A stretch of DNA of 60,912 nucleotides, counting the filler, from Stramenopiles sp. TOSAG23-6 (taxonomy: Eukaryota): NCBI GenBank assembly GCA_900128565.1. It is 11 parts of 11 records of this genome, joined end to end, with 100 filler letters (N's around TTAATTAATTAA, not from the genome) between each part and the next. Parts side by side here need not be neighbours in the genome. Positions count along the whole stretch, not along the records: positions 1 to 5,470 come from LT636901.1; positions 5,571 to 11,040 come from LT636902.1; 9 more parts are not named here. The stretch is one strand, 5' to 3'. The position numbers and the translations under genes were made by a program. A model generated the notes under the pieces. The model searched no databases, had not been told where the DNA came from, and was given only the letters and a program-made list of their open reading frames with translations. Below, piece after piece: positions 1-11,140 of the stretch (position 1 is its first letter; each line of letters opens with the position of its first letter).

Positions 1-82
1 AATTTCGAATTTATTTTTCGTACGAAATTTTGTACCTAACAAATTTAAGTTTTTTTTTGTTGAAATATTTTCCAAAATACAT

Positions 83-1801
83 GAAAAAAGATTTCTTGTC
101 ACTGTTATTAAAGATCTCCTTGGTCTCTGTGAAGCGAAAAGAGGAAAAGATAATAAGGCTGTCATTGCGAGCAATATAATGTATGTAGTTGGTCAATATC
201 CTCGATTTTTAAAGGCACATTGGCGCTTTTTAAAAACTGTTGTTAATAAACTTTTTGAGTTCATGCATGAAACTCACCCTGGAGTCCAAGATATGGCGTG
301 TGACACATTTTTAAAGATTTCTCGTAAATGTCGTAAAAAGTTTGTTGAACGTCAACCCGCAGAAAGAATGGCATACATCGAAGAATTAGTCGCGAACTTA
401 CCGTCAATTATTTCATCCCTGGAAACTCATCAAGAACATGTCTTTTATGAAGCAGTTGGCTACATGGTTGCCGCGGAACAAAATCAAGAACGTCGAAAAG
501 AACTTTTGTTAAAGACTATGGAAAGACCTAATGCAGATTGGAAGAGAGCTATGGATGATGCTGGAAAGAATGTAGAGTCTTTAAAGGCCCCAGAGCAGAT
601 TAAAATTATCAGCAAAACAATTCGTACTAATATTTCTGTTTGTCGCTCAGTTGGTCAGCCCTTCATAGCTCAAGTTGGAATTATATACAATGATATGCTT
701 AACGTGTACAAAGTTTACAGTCAGCATGTCCAAGGAGCTGTTCAACAAGGCGGCGAGCGTGCAACAAAAACGACGGAAGTTAGATTGATGCGTGCTGCGA
801 AGAAGGAAATTTTGCAATTGATTGAGAGTTTCATCGGTAAAGCAACTGCTAGCAACGCAGCGATGGTAGCATCACACTTTCTACCCCCAATGTTAGATAA
901 TGTTTTGGGTGATTATCACAGAAGTATTAAAGAAGCTAGAGATCCAGAGGTATTATCTCTGCTTACTACAATGGTAAGTACTTTACAAGGTGAGATTCTA
1001 AGTAACGTCCCTACCATTATGCAAGCTGTATTTGAAGTGACTTTAAATATGATTACGACTAATTTTACAGATTTTCCAGAAATCCGGAAGAACTTTTTTG
1101 CGTTACTTAAATCTATTGTCAAGAATGCATTCCCTGCCATTTTTCAATGCCCTGAAACTTATCAGAGAGCTGTCATAGATGCGATTGTGGGTGCCTTCAA
1201 ACACACGGAACGCATCGTGGCTGAAATTGGACTTGATATTCTCCTTCGATTTTTGAATAATGTTCGTGCTGATGATGGTATTGCTCAAGGTTTCTACAAG
1301 TCATACTTGCTCGTTCTTTGTCAGGAAATCTTCTCAGTACTGACAGACAAACTGCATACTCCTGGTTTTATGAAGCAGTGTAATATTTTACAGTATATGT
1401 ATCACTTGGTCGAAAACGGTAACGTGACTATGCCATTATACGATTCAAGTAATCCAACACATGTACAAGTTAGTCCTACACCTTTGCCGAACAACATCTT
1501 TATTAAACAGTATACTGTGAAAATGGTAACATCAATATTTCCGAATGTAAATGCTCAAAAGGCGCAAGGTTTTGTTGTTGGTCTCTGTGATAACTCAAAA
1601 GAGTCTAGTGAACTTTATACTCATGTTCGTGATTTCCTCATTCATACTAATGAATGGGGCGAAGATGATNAGGACACTCTTGATCGAGAGGTTGCGAGAA
1701 ATCAAGGTATTGCTGCAGCACAGGCGAATAAGCAACACATGATGTCTGTTCCAGGTCTTTTGAAGCCATCGGAATTACCTGATGATATGGATGATATTTA
1801 G
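83..1801 (+). CDS. XPO1: Exportin-1/CRM1, C-terminal part (5'-partial; exon follows a repeat intron ending ...AAAATACAT at 82)
   Basis: EKRFLVTVIKDLLGLCE...KDNKAVIASNIMYVVGQYPRFLKAHWRFLKTVVNKLFEFMHETHPGVQDMACDTFLKI and C-terminal VPGLLKPSE, all hallmark CRM1 motifs. Confidence 0.97.
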   Translation, partial: EKRFLVTVIKDLLGLCEAKRGKDNKAVIASNIMYVVGQYPRFLKAHWRFLKTVVNKLFEFMHETHPGVQDMACDTFLKISRKCRKKFVERQPAERMAYIEELVANLPSIISSLETHQEHVFYEAVGYMVAAEQNQERRKELLLKTMERPNADWKRAMDDAGKNVESLKAPEQIKIISKTIRTNISVCRSVGQPFIAQVGIIYNDMLNVYKVYSQHVQGAVQQGGERATKTTEVRLMRAAKKEILQLIESFIGKATASNAAMVASHFLPPMLDNVLGDYHRSIKEARDPEVLSLLTTMVSTLQGEILSNVPTIMQAVFEVTLNMITTNFTDFPEIRKNFFALLKSIVKNAFPAIFQCPETYQRAVIDAIVGAFKHTERIVAEIGLDILLRFLNNVRADDGIAQGFYKSYLLVLCQEIFSVLTDKLHTPGFMKQCNILQYMYHLVENGNVTMPLYDSSNPTHVQVSPTPLPNNIFIKQYTVKMVTSIFPNVNAQKAQGFVVGLCDNSKESSELYTHVRDFLIHTNEWGEDDXDTLDREVARNQGIAAAQANKQHMMSVPGLLKPSELPDDMDDI

Positions 1802-1932
1802 TTCTATTTATGTTTGAATGACATGTCTCAGTTGCATTTTTGTGAAAAAAAAATAAAAAAACCCTAATATTGAAACTTTTAGAAATGAATGAAAAATTCT
1901 TTTTTATACTTATACTCAAATGTCACTTTTCA

Positions 1933-3936
1933 CTATTTTGAAATATTATTTTGGAAAGAAATACCACTTGGATTTCTGCCACTACCGGGAACTCTACCGG
2001 GGACGCGATATCCTTTAACATAATCTTTCATCCCATTTCTGTCTCTATTTGAAGAATAACGAAGCCGAAAAAGTAAAAATGTTCCAAGTAAAATACCTAT
2101 AAGGATCATAGGAATTCTCATCCAGGATATATCATGTTTTGGTGGTTTGTAAGGTAAAATAGATCTAAATATACGCACTACACCTGATGCATTTTTATTG
2201 CTTTGTAATGCACTGGCTAATACGACAGATGGTCCTATAATATGGCGAGAACGTGGGATAAAGACAGCTGAAGTTGCCATAAAAGACGTTAAACAAGTTG
2301 TATTCATTTCATTCCCTTTTTTATAGGTATCTCTACCCATGGAATCAAATAACTGAGTGGTATGGAATTCACTGTAAAAAGTAGATATAAGCCCATTTTG
2401 AGATAGATTTGTTGTGTTGTACACGTTAAAAGATTGTAAATATTCACTTTCATTATTTTCTATTACATTTTCTATTACATTTAATCGCACAAGGTATCCC
2501 TTCAAAGCGACCAATTTTGTGCTTCCTACAGTCACAGCATCTGGAGCAGACACTTTATACAACATGGCACACCCATATGAGTTACCTCTACTTTGAATAT
2601 TATCTGGATCATTTCTTTGCACTCTCGTATTAAACACAAGTATATTACCCACTCCAGTAGAAGCATATATTATTGAAGGTGACAGTAGATCAAATGAAAT
2701 ATCGGAAATTCCATTTTCATAATGGGGTACTTGACACATAACGATTTTACTTCCTTTTCTTGCAGTATTTAGAAAGCCAATACTCATACCACCAGAGGAA
2801 AAGACCACACGAGAGCCCAACTGTCGCATTAATTGCACCGCATTTGAACTGTTGAACTCCAAAGAATCAAAAAGAGTCCCATTTAAATTAAAAATTTTCA
2901 TATTTCCTATGCTTGTTCCCACCATTGTCGTTCGAAGTTTACCCGGTAATTGTAAAGGGATGATTGAAGTTATGTTACCAACAAATACAGATTCAATGAT
3001 GGATCTGATTGTCAAACGTACTACAAGTCCATTTTTAAGTATATTTTCTGTATCCATTTTTGTACCTGACATTTTCCCGTCGGATGTTTTTTTAGATCGA
3101 CCTAAAATCACGTTTTGATTCCAGAGAACGACTAAATCGTGAACATATACTGAATTATCTGAACTTGATGTAATCACGACAGGATCTTTGGGGTTGGAGA
3201 AATCACATTTTATACTTATAATTTCTTGACTATGTCCTGTGTGGTATGAAGTTAGTTTTTCTCCCATATTGGAAAAAAATAGTAAAGATCCATCTCTATC
3301 ACCAACAATAATCAATTCATTTGGTATTATTTCTCCATCTGATTTTCTATTTGAATATTTTCTATTCAACGACACCACATCAAGAGCTGATACTCCTTTT
3401 TCTACAACTATTTCACTAAGCAAAATTAAATAATCATCAAATTTTCGTCTACGATTTTTCTCCTGAAACCTTTCTTCTTGTTTGCTAGGGACATTCAGAT
3501 TTTCTTTGGCATCAATCTCTGACCCGGAATTAAGATTTGAATTGAATTGCGAACTGCGAGGATATTGATTGAGTTTTGATGCACTATTTGATCGAGAGAG
3601 TATCATTTCTATAAATGCATCAATGTCACCACCATCAGAAGTGGTTGGAATTTGAACACCAGATATAATAGCCTCACGCAAACGCTGTAAAATATTGATT
3701 TTTTTATGACTCTGAGTAATTAAATGTTCAGTTTCGCGCATCTCTCTCAAAATTACTTCCAAAGCTAGTTTTATTTTACCTCCTGTGACGGTGTCTTCCG
3801 AATCAGCAGTACTAGTGTTGTCGTCAAATGAAATTTCCCCTATAGGTGATACTTCAACTTCCACAGTTCCTGTTGCAAGAATTGACGAAAAAGATGCACC
3901 CAATAGAAGCAATGTATACAGAGATCGCATTGACAT
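1933..3936 (-). CDS. Single-pass membrane protein with signal peptide, coiled coil and beta-propeller-like ectodomain
   Basis: Intronless 667-aa ORF with hydrophobic N-terminus, WD-like IIVGDRDGSLLFFS and C-terminal TM (IPMILIGILLGTFLLF). Recalled resemblance to plant At1g75140-type proteins is unverified. Confidence 0.7.
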   Translation of the reverse strand: MSMRSLYTLLLLGASFSSILATGTVEVEVSPIGEISFDDNTSTADSEDTVTGGKIKLALEVILREMRETEHLITQSHKKINILQRLREAIISGVQIPTTSDGGDIDAFIEMILSRSNSASKLNQYPRSSQFNSNLNSGSEIDAKENLNVPSKQEERFQEKNRRRKFDDYLILLSEIVVEKGVSALDVVSLNRKYSNRKSDGEIIPNELIIVGDRDGSLLFFSNMGEKLTSYHTGHSQEIISIKCDFSNPKDPVVITSSSDNSVYVHDLVVLWNQNVILGRSKKTSDGKMSGTKMDTENILKNGLVVRLTIRSIIESVFVGNITSIIPLQLPGKLRTTMVGTSIGNMKIFNLNGTLFDSLEFNSSNAVQLMRQLGSRVVFSSGGMSIGFLNTARKGSKIVMCQVPHYENGISDISFDLLSPSIIYASTGVGNILVFNTRVQRNDPDNIQSRGNSYGCAMLYKVSAPDAVTVGSTKLVALKGYLVRLNVIENVIENNESEYLQSFNVYNTTNLSQNGLISTFYSEFHTTQLFDSMGRDTYKKGNEMNTTCLTSFMATSAVFIPRSRHIIGPSVVLASALQSNKNASGVVRIFRSILPYKPPKHDISWMRIPMILIGILLGTFLLFRLRYSSNRDRNGMKDYVKGYRVPGRVPGSGRNPSGISFQNNISK

Positions 3937-4234
3937 TGATTCGCAATTTTAAAATGTAAAATGTGGAAGGAGAGAATCTAGAATTTCAAATCTAATCAAA
4001 TCATTGTTTTGTTGGGTCGATTTTTTTGAAGATTACGATACGATTTCGCAAGGTTCTTCAAATTGATAAATTCAAATTATAATAAACAAAAAGTCAAACG
4101 CGCCGGTCACAGACATCAAAATTTGACAAGAAAGGTTTTGACTTTTGAATGCAAAAAAATATAAAGAACAACAACACGAAGAAGTAAATAAAAATAAGTG
4201 CTTGTAGCAGTTGCGCTTTTCAATCAAAAGAACT

Positions 4235-5104
4235 ATGTCAGATGTGGAAGTTGAGGGTATTTCACCAGAAATGGCATCTGCTCTAATCGCATGGGTTCAA
4301 ACATTTGAGGATCTTTCCTCTCGGGCTTCTTCATTTTCTGATTTATCTGATGGTATTCTCCTTTTTGAGATTGGTAGTCGTATTTCCCCTGATTGCTTTG
4401 ATTTGTCAAATATTAAACGCGAAGTATCTGATAATTGGTTGCTTCGAGCAGAAAATATACGAAAATTGATTACTGGAATGAAAAATTTCTATATGGATGT
4501 TTTAGGTAGAACTTTGACGTCTAAAGAGGTCACTGCGGCTAAAATTGCTCGTGAAGCTGACGTTGATGAAACCTGCAAGTTAATTTCCCACTTATTAGGT
4601 TGTGCGGTGCAGTGCGAGAATAAAGGAATTTTCGTAGCCGCCATCATGAAACTTAATCAAGCACACCAAGCTCAATTGATGCTGGTCATTGATGAGGTTG
4701 TGAATGCTGGTGCAAATATGGCACCGTTGAGTCCTACTAGCTTTGGATCTGACGAGAATGATGTTGACCTCATGGACATTGGTGGAAGAATGGGCACTGG
4801 TACAGAAGGTATGCGAGATTCATTCAATGACTTTGGAGATGATGATATGTATACCGCTCAACAGGATGAAATTGTAAAATTGAAAAAAGATAGTAAGTCC
4901 TTGGCTGCCCGTGTCGCTGACTTAGAATCAACAAATAAAAAATTGTTAGACGAAGCACGATTTTACAAGGAACAACATGCCGATCTTCAGAACGCTGACA
5001 AAGAGAAATTAGCGCGAGATCGTGTCAAAGAGGTTCAACGTCTAAAGACAGTAAAAAACGCTCTTTCAAAACGAGAATTTGAACTTACGACAGAATTACA
5101 AGAT
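4235..5104 (+). CDS. HOOK: Hook-family protein, N-terminal CH-like domain and coiled coil (3'-partial)
   Basis: ALIAWVQTF..SFSDLSDGILLFEI..NWLLRAENIRKL..LLGCAVQCENK..IMKLNQAHQAQLMLVI. Confidence 0.85.
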
Positions 5105-5207
5105 GTATGTATGTTTTATTTTTTTTTTAACAAAAAAATCGAATTTTTTTTTTATAAAAATTTTGTACCTAACAAATTTTTTTTTCAAATATTTTTCCAA
5201 AATACAG

Positions 5208-5405
5208 GGATGGAGGAAAATGAATATTTTGCTATGTGAAGGGGAAGAACTTCTAAAACCTGAAAGCAAACATGTATCGCATGATATTGTCGCTCTTGTT
5301 TTTTCATCATTCGATAAAGATAAAAGTGGAACTCTGAATAAATCTGAGATATTTCGTGCATTTCGTAATCTTGGTCAAATCTTGACTCAAGATGATCGAA
5401 ATTAT
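5208..5405 (+). CDS. Internal exon of an EF-hand protein, probably a different gene from HOOK
   Basis: FSSFDKDKSGTLNKSEIFRAFRNLG EF-hand loop, flanked by repeat introns. Confidence 0.6.
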
Positions 5406-5570
5406 GTATGTTTTATTTTTTTTTTTAATTTGAAATTGAATTTTTTTTTCGTACGAAATTTTGTACCTAANNNNNNNNNNNNNNNNNNNNNNNNNNNNNN
5501 NNNNNNNNNNNNNNTTAATTAATTAANNNNNNNNNNNNNNNNNNNNNNNNNNNNNNNNNNNNNNNNNNNN

Positions 5571-6710
5571 GAATTCTTTTGATCGATAGAATCTCCACGT
5601 TCGGACTTATCCATAACAAAATTACCTACAATATTTAAAACTAATGTGATCAAAAAGAATCTAAACCCTGAATGGCTCGAACTTTTCACTATTGAATACG
5701 CCAGCTGGGAGATTTGTCGAAATGCTACAATCCATCTCGAAGTTTGGAACTCCGATGGCAAATCAGGAAAAGATATTCTTCTTGGTAAAATTGATGTAAC
5801 TCATTTACATGCACCAGGATTAAGGAGTGGTCGGAGTCAACGAAGAATGTTGGCGTTGTCTGGTGGTAGTTGTGGTGATGGTGGGCAGATATCTATTCAA
5901 CTGACACTCACTGGTTTTGATGATCAGCAAGAGGAAACAGAAGAATTGAGAGAACGACGTATGCGAATTTATTCTGAATGGGAATTGAGAAATGAGGAAA
6001 GACTTCAAATGAAGCAAAATATTGAGGAAGAAAAGTTTCAGATAGCTAGACGAATCCAACAGAAGAAAGAGTTGAGAAAGGAAAAAAAAGATTTGAAACT
6101 CAAGTTGAAAATACTAAGAAAGAAAACAAGGGAAGCAAAGAAAAAGGCAAGACGTAAGAGGGAGAAAATACTTGGAATTGATATAAATACAGATGAAATG
6201 AAACATTTGAAATATAACCGTAGAAAAAGACGCGAAGAAAAGCGTGAAAGACGAAAACAAAAAGGAATGAAAGATACTTCTAAAACTACTCTTGATGCAT
6301 CAAATGAAAATAATTTGGCGAGTGCTCTATTAAATCTCAATTTAAATAAAGAAGAAAAACAAGAAGAAAAAGAGCAGAAGGATACTATCCTTGGAAGTAA
6401 TAAAATTGATGGTCAACTTCAAGAATATATTCGAGAACAAGCGATTCATTCAATATTTCCACCTCTCATTGGTCAGGTTTTATTCGACCGACCGAAGGAT
6501 GCAGTAGGATATAGCATTCAGAAATTTTACGAACGCTTTCCCAAACACGTACGTTTTATTTTTTTACAAAAAAATCGAATTTATTTTTCGTACGGAATTT
6601 TGTACCTAACGATTTTTTTTTTGAAATATTTTTCCAAAATACATAAAGTATGGAACAAAATTGCAGCAGATGTTATTGATGATGTGCTGGAACCTTCTGT
6701 ATCTATATGA
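5571..6710 (+). CDS. C2-domain, coiled-coil and Dpy-30/RIIa-like dimerisation domain protein (5'-partial; repeat intron 6549-6644)
   Basis: FKTNVIKKNLNPEWLELF..LEVWNSDGKSGKDILLG (C2) and LQEYIREQAIHSIFPPLIGQVLFDRPKDAV. Confidence 0.7.
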
Positions 6711-7064
6711 AATCATTTGAATTAAATATGAAATGAGAGTAAACATTCGTAGCAACAATGACTTTCTCATAGATGATCATTCTGTGTTTTATAATTACAA
6801 ATAAATAATAAATCAAGTTTAAGAAATAAGAATATTTTTGTTGAATGGGCAATGATTACATTATATTTTTTTAATTTTTATATTAAAACTTTCTCAATTT
6901 ATATATACAAAAGTTACACACTTATATAATATGCCGTGTAACAAAAGAGAAAAATTCACTTATATATATTATACGTAAATACAAATACCTACAATACCTA
7001 CAATACCTCGCAATACCCCATTATACAGATAAAAAAAATTGAACTATACCATACAATTTAAATT

Positions 7065-8567
7065 TTACCGCTGATGATATTTCGTGTAGCCTTCAGGATG
7101 AATTAACAGACACAACGCAGTTGGAGTGAGACGACTTGAGCGAAAATTCTTTAATGCAAAGAAAATATCTTCAAATGCAGCTGTAATACGCGGAGATGCA
7201 TAACTAGAAGCAGCAAGATTCTCACCTGGAGCAAATGGGTCTTCAATGAGAAAACCACTAGAACCAGCAGAACCAGTAGCAACACCAAAACCAGGAGAAT
7301 TTCTTACAAAATGGTATCCACCTTTCTCTACTGATATACCTGTATTTCTTAAATTAAACGCTGTGCCATAATATTCAAGAAAACGAAGTAAAAGGACTCC
7401 AAGAGAATCACGAGTAAGTGGCTGTCCAACTCCTGCACTTTCTGCTGACCAAGTTCTTACACGATCTGTCGAGATAGTTGCAGCTGCAACAGCACCATTT
7501 TTTACTAAATCTACAACTGGAAGAAGATCCACTTTATTATCTCCAGTAGACGTATCGTTTATAGTATCAGAATTGAAATTTGTCATATTTTGACTTACAG
7601 CGGAAGAAGCCATTTGCAAAAAGCTAATAACGAGCATTGTAATCGAATATGAACTAAGTCCACCACTAACAGATTCATTTAAACCTCTACCTCGTAAGAG
7701 TGCTTTGATTATCAACACCAAAGGTCTAAGCAATGGGAGCTCATTTACTGTAATAGTTTTATTAGCTTTTTGGACATATTTGGCTTCAACTTTTTCATTT
7801 GAAGCTTTATCGTCTTCATTTGAANCCTCAATAGTTTCATTTGAAGTAGGCTCAGCAGATTCATTTGAAGTAGGCTCAGCAGATTCAGCAGATTCACTCA
7901 ACTTGTCTGTTTCAATTATTTCAGAAGTTTCAGATGTTTTCTGCTTCCCAAGAAAATCGGAGACAAGTCCGGCAGCTTGTAATCCATTGTGACATAAACG
8001 TGGATCATGGCCCTCCAATGCAAATCCCATAGTGACGTCAATTTGAAAAGGAGGTTGAGACTGACTATCACCATCACTTGGAACACGAAGTTTGAGAATT
8101 GGAATGCGAGCAGTGTAAATATGACGCACAGAATCTACCCAACTAGCAGCTTCTAGCGCAGCTTCAACTTCTTTCAGGCGCTGAACAAAAATTCCTCGGT
8201 GCTTTGCTCGATCCACCATAGAAGTTTGTTGTTCACCTGCAGCTACGCTCTCTTCTAAATCAGGCGGNGGTGGGAGAAATACCACAACGTCAACGTCACT
8301 GTCTGGTAACCACAATCCCGTACTGATACTTCCGTAGTGAATGACACGAGCTTGAGGTATAATGGATGTAACGGCATCGTTTAATTTCTCTAACGCTTGA
8401 TGTAGGCGAGTGCGTATCGGCGCCACAACTGTGTCCACGTAGTCTTCATAAATGGATATCTCTTGCACAAGACGCATCGACAAACTATCCGTTGGTTTAT
8501 ATAAGTTCACTTTGGAACCTTCACGCAACCATACAGGAAGTTGCCTGGGTGGAGTAGATGAGCTCAT
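7065..8567 (-). CDS. TENT4: Non-canonical poly(A) polymerase, TRF4/PAPD5/TENT4 family
   Basis: YGSISTGLWLPDSDVDVVV nucleotidyltransferase motif, ARIPILK, GGLSSYSITML, LGVLLLRFLEYYG and IEDPF. Confidence 0.9.
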   Translation of the reverse strand: MSSSTPPRQLPVWLREGSKVNLYKPTDSLSMRLVQEISIYEDYVDTVVAPIRTRLHQALEKLNDAVTSIIPQARVIHYGSISTGLWLPDSDVDVVVFLPXPPDLEESVAAGEQQTSMVDRAKHRGIFVQRLKEVEAALEAASWVDSVRHIYTARIPILKLRVPSDGDSQSQPPFQIDVTMGFALEGHDPRLCHNGLQAAGLVSDFLGKQKTSETSEIIETDKLSESAESAEPTSNESAEPTSNETIEXSNEDDKASNEKVEAKYVQKANKTITVNELPLLRPLVLIIKALLRGRGLNESVSGGLSSYSITMLVISFLQMASSAVSQNMTNFNSDTINDTSTGDNKVDLLPVVDLVKNGAVAAATISTDRVRTWSAESAGVGQPLTRDSLGVLLLRFLEYYGTAFNLRNTGISVEKGGYHFVRNSPGFGVATGSAGSSGFLIEDPFAPGENLAASSYASPRITAAFEDIFFALKNFRSSRLTPTALCLLIHPEGYTKYHQR

Positions 8568-9298
8568 TATTACTGGTCGTACGTATTTAACGCTTATTCC
8601 TTATANTTTTTGTAGTAAATGCAATATTGCGTACTGAATAGTACAACAAGTTCAAGTACTAAAGTGATCTTCATTTGATTTGAACTGGACTGAATCACCC
8701 ACGATACCCGGTACTGAATGAATTATTGGAACAAACCTGTTTCGCTAGTGCTTCGTGTGTTCGCTTTTTTCTGTCCTTTCTGCACTCTTGGGCGGCTGAG
8801 CATGAAACACAGAAACTTTGTCTGGTGGCATAGAAATTTCCTGAAATTTTAACCACGTCATATTTGGTACAAGATCTATGTACGATGCATACGAATTTTG
8901 AAATTTTGCGCTATTTCATGAGATATTGATGAAATTTCATGAAATTTGAAGCCCTAGCCCTAATATTTTACTAAAATTTGTTAGGTACAAAATTATCTAC
9001 GAAAAAAAAACACGAAATATTTTCAAAAATTTGGATAAAAAAGCACTTAAAAGTCAAAATTAAATGCTTTGCATGCATGTTTACTTGTTTTAGACATGAT
9101 ATTCTTGTTCAGCATGCCTCAATTAACTTACATAGAATCTCATTTATATAAAAATAGATTTTTTGTTTTTATTCATTCTGAGTTAAGCAAGAGTAGTACG
9201 ATGGTCTGNATATTATTATTACTGTATTATTTTTCATTTCAATATTTGTTTTTATAATTAAAAAGTGAAATTTATGATATAGCAATATTTTTTTTTTC

Positions 9299-10993
9299 TC
9301 AGGCCCCCATGGCAAATAATAAAGGACACGGTAATTCTAAATCATTCTTCACTGCATCTAAATTATGTAAAACTCCCCAACCTGACGGCTTAGCAAATGC
9401 TGCCTGACAACTAAGCTGTTGAACTGCACGAAATTGTCGAGCAGCTTTATTCCTCCGTGTAGTATCTCCCAATTTATTTGAAACAAGTGCAATCAAATGA
9501 AGAACTCGTATCACATTTGTTACATCTTCGGCCACTACAAAACGTTGAAGTGCATCATCAAAGTTTGAAGATATTCGAAGCAGCGATTCTTTACATAATT
9601 GTTCGTCATCATTTGTCTGTTTCAAACCTAATTTCTTACTTAAAATCAACATTTCTGCCTCTGCAAGTCCACAAAATATTTCACCTTGAACATTTGGGAA
9701 ACAATGCTCCATGGCATATGGCATCACTGTTAACAATTGTTTTAAAGCTCTTTCTGGTGCCCCAAGACTGCAATGAACTTTTGCTAATGAAACAACACAT
9801 TCCGCATGCACTGATCGTAGTTGAAGTCGTTCACAAAGAGCAGTTGCTCGAAGAAGAGGCGGGACCGATGCGGCAGGATTAGATGGACTTACTTGATTCA
9901 TTACTGAAGCTAATAGGAGATATATGTGTATTGTAATAAATATGTTTTACATTTTGAAATTCGTTAGGTACAAAGTGTAACAAAAACAATTGAAATCTGA
10001 AATGAAGTATGAAAACGTATATGAACATTTTGTTTGTGAAGTCCATTTTTTGCACATAAAGGTAGCAACTGCTCAATGACAAAAACTGCTCTTTCATATT
10101 GACCTCTTTTAATCATTATTTGAACGGCACAATAGCAAGCTTCTACATATTTGGAAGCATTGTTAACAACATCACATTCACAAGATGGTAGTGATAAAGA
10201 TAATAACATTGATCCAATCGCTGAAGCTCGGCGCAGTTCGCCTTTGAAAACCGATCTTTTATGAAGTGCAACACATAGATTTCTTACCCAGCCCACAGGG
10301 GCACCAACAATAGGATACAACTTTCTGATTCTTAAAAGAGTAGTAATAGAAGCTTTATGCATTGACATTGAACTATTTTTGGTTTCATTCTTGTTCTCAA
10401 AAGTTGTGTTTTTATAGTGTTGATGACTCTCTAAAGTTGCCATGAGCATACTCAAACTAGTACCTGGTGCCTCACCACTTTCAAGACGAGCTAATTTACA
10501 TAAAGCAATACAATTTTCGAGAGAAGATTCCTTCTTTCCTGCATAGCAATGTAGTTTTGTAACCAAAGCTAACCGAGCTAGAGTTTTGTGACCAAATTGT
10601 TCCCATGCGTTTGATCTCATTAACTCCCTTTTACCACCGACGGCATCACCATACGAGTGACAAATACCGACTTTATTTGAGGGTCTTTCTCCCGTAGCTA
10701 ATGATTGATGATTACTTGTTGTATTAATTGAGTCTGAAGAAGGAACTGTTACGTCAAACGAACTGTGTAAAGTTTCCCAAACGTCTAATGGGCGCTGACT
10801 CCATCGATTCTCTGTATTCATTGTGCCACCACGAAATCGTTGATGTGAAGAATCCCGACCACCAACTGTTGTTCGATCATCGCATTTATTCCTATCAGAT
10901 GATGCTACATTACTACCATTATCACCATTACTTCGCCCATCATTTCTATCAGAGCTTCTATTTCGATAAAATTCATATCCTTTCGACTCTATC
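9299..10993 (-). CDS. ANAPC5: Anaphase-promoting complex subunit 5 (5'-partial; AT-AC repeat intron 9926-10020)
   Basis: TPR-like helices and VPPLLRATALCERLQLRSVHAECVVSLAKVHCSLGAPERAL..LGDTTRRNKAARQF, matching the APC5 C-terminus. Confidence 0.75.
9926..10020 (-). mobile_element. Repeat-family intron with AT-AC ends
   Basis: Minus strand CAT|ATACGTTTTC...GTACCTAAC...CAATACAC|ATA joins NVH to IYLLLASVMNQ in frame. Confidence 0.8.
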
Positions 10994-11140
10994 ATTAAAA
11001 AAATATATTTTTTTGTAAAATTTGTTAGGTACAAAATTTCNNNNNNNNNNNNNNNNNNNNNNNNNNNNNNNNNNNNNNNNNNNNTTAATTAATTAANNNN
11101 NNNNNNNNNNNNNNNNNNNNNNNNNNNNNNNNNNNNNNNN

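Noticed and set aside
5471-5570. Recurrent TTAATTAATTAA palindrome as a biological motif
   Set aside because: Always centred in identical N padding between size-sorted contigs, so it is an artificial linker; synteny across it is meaningless
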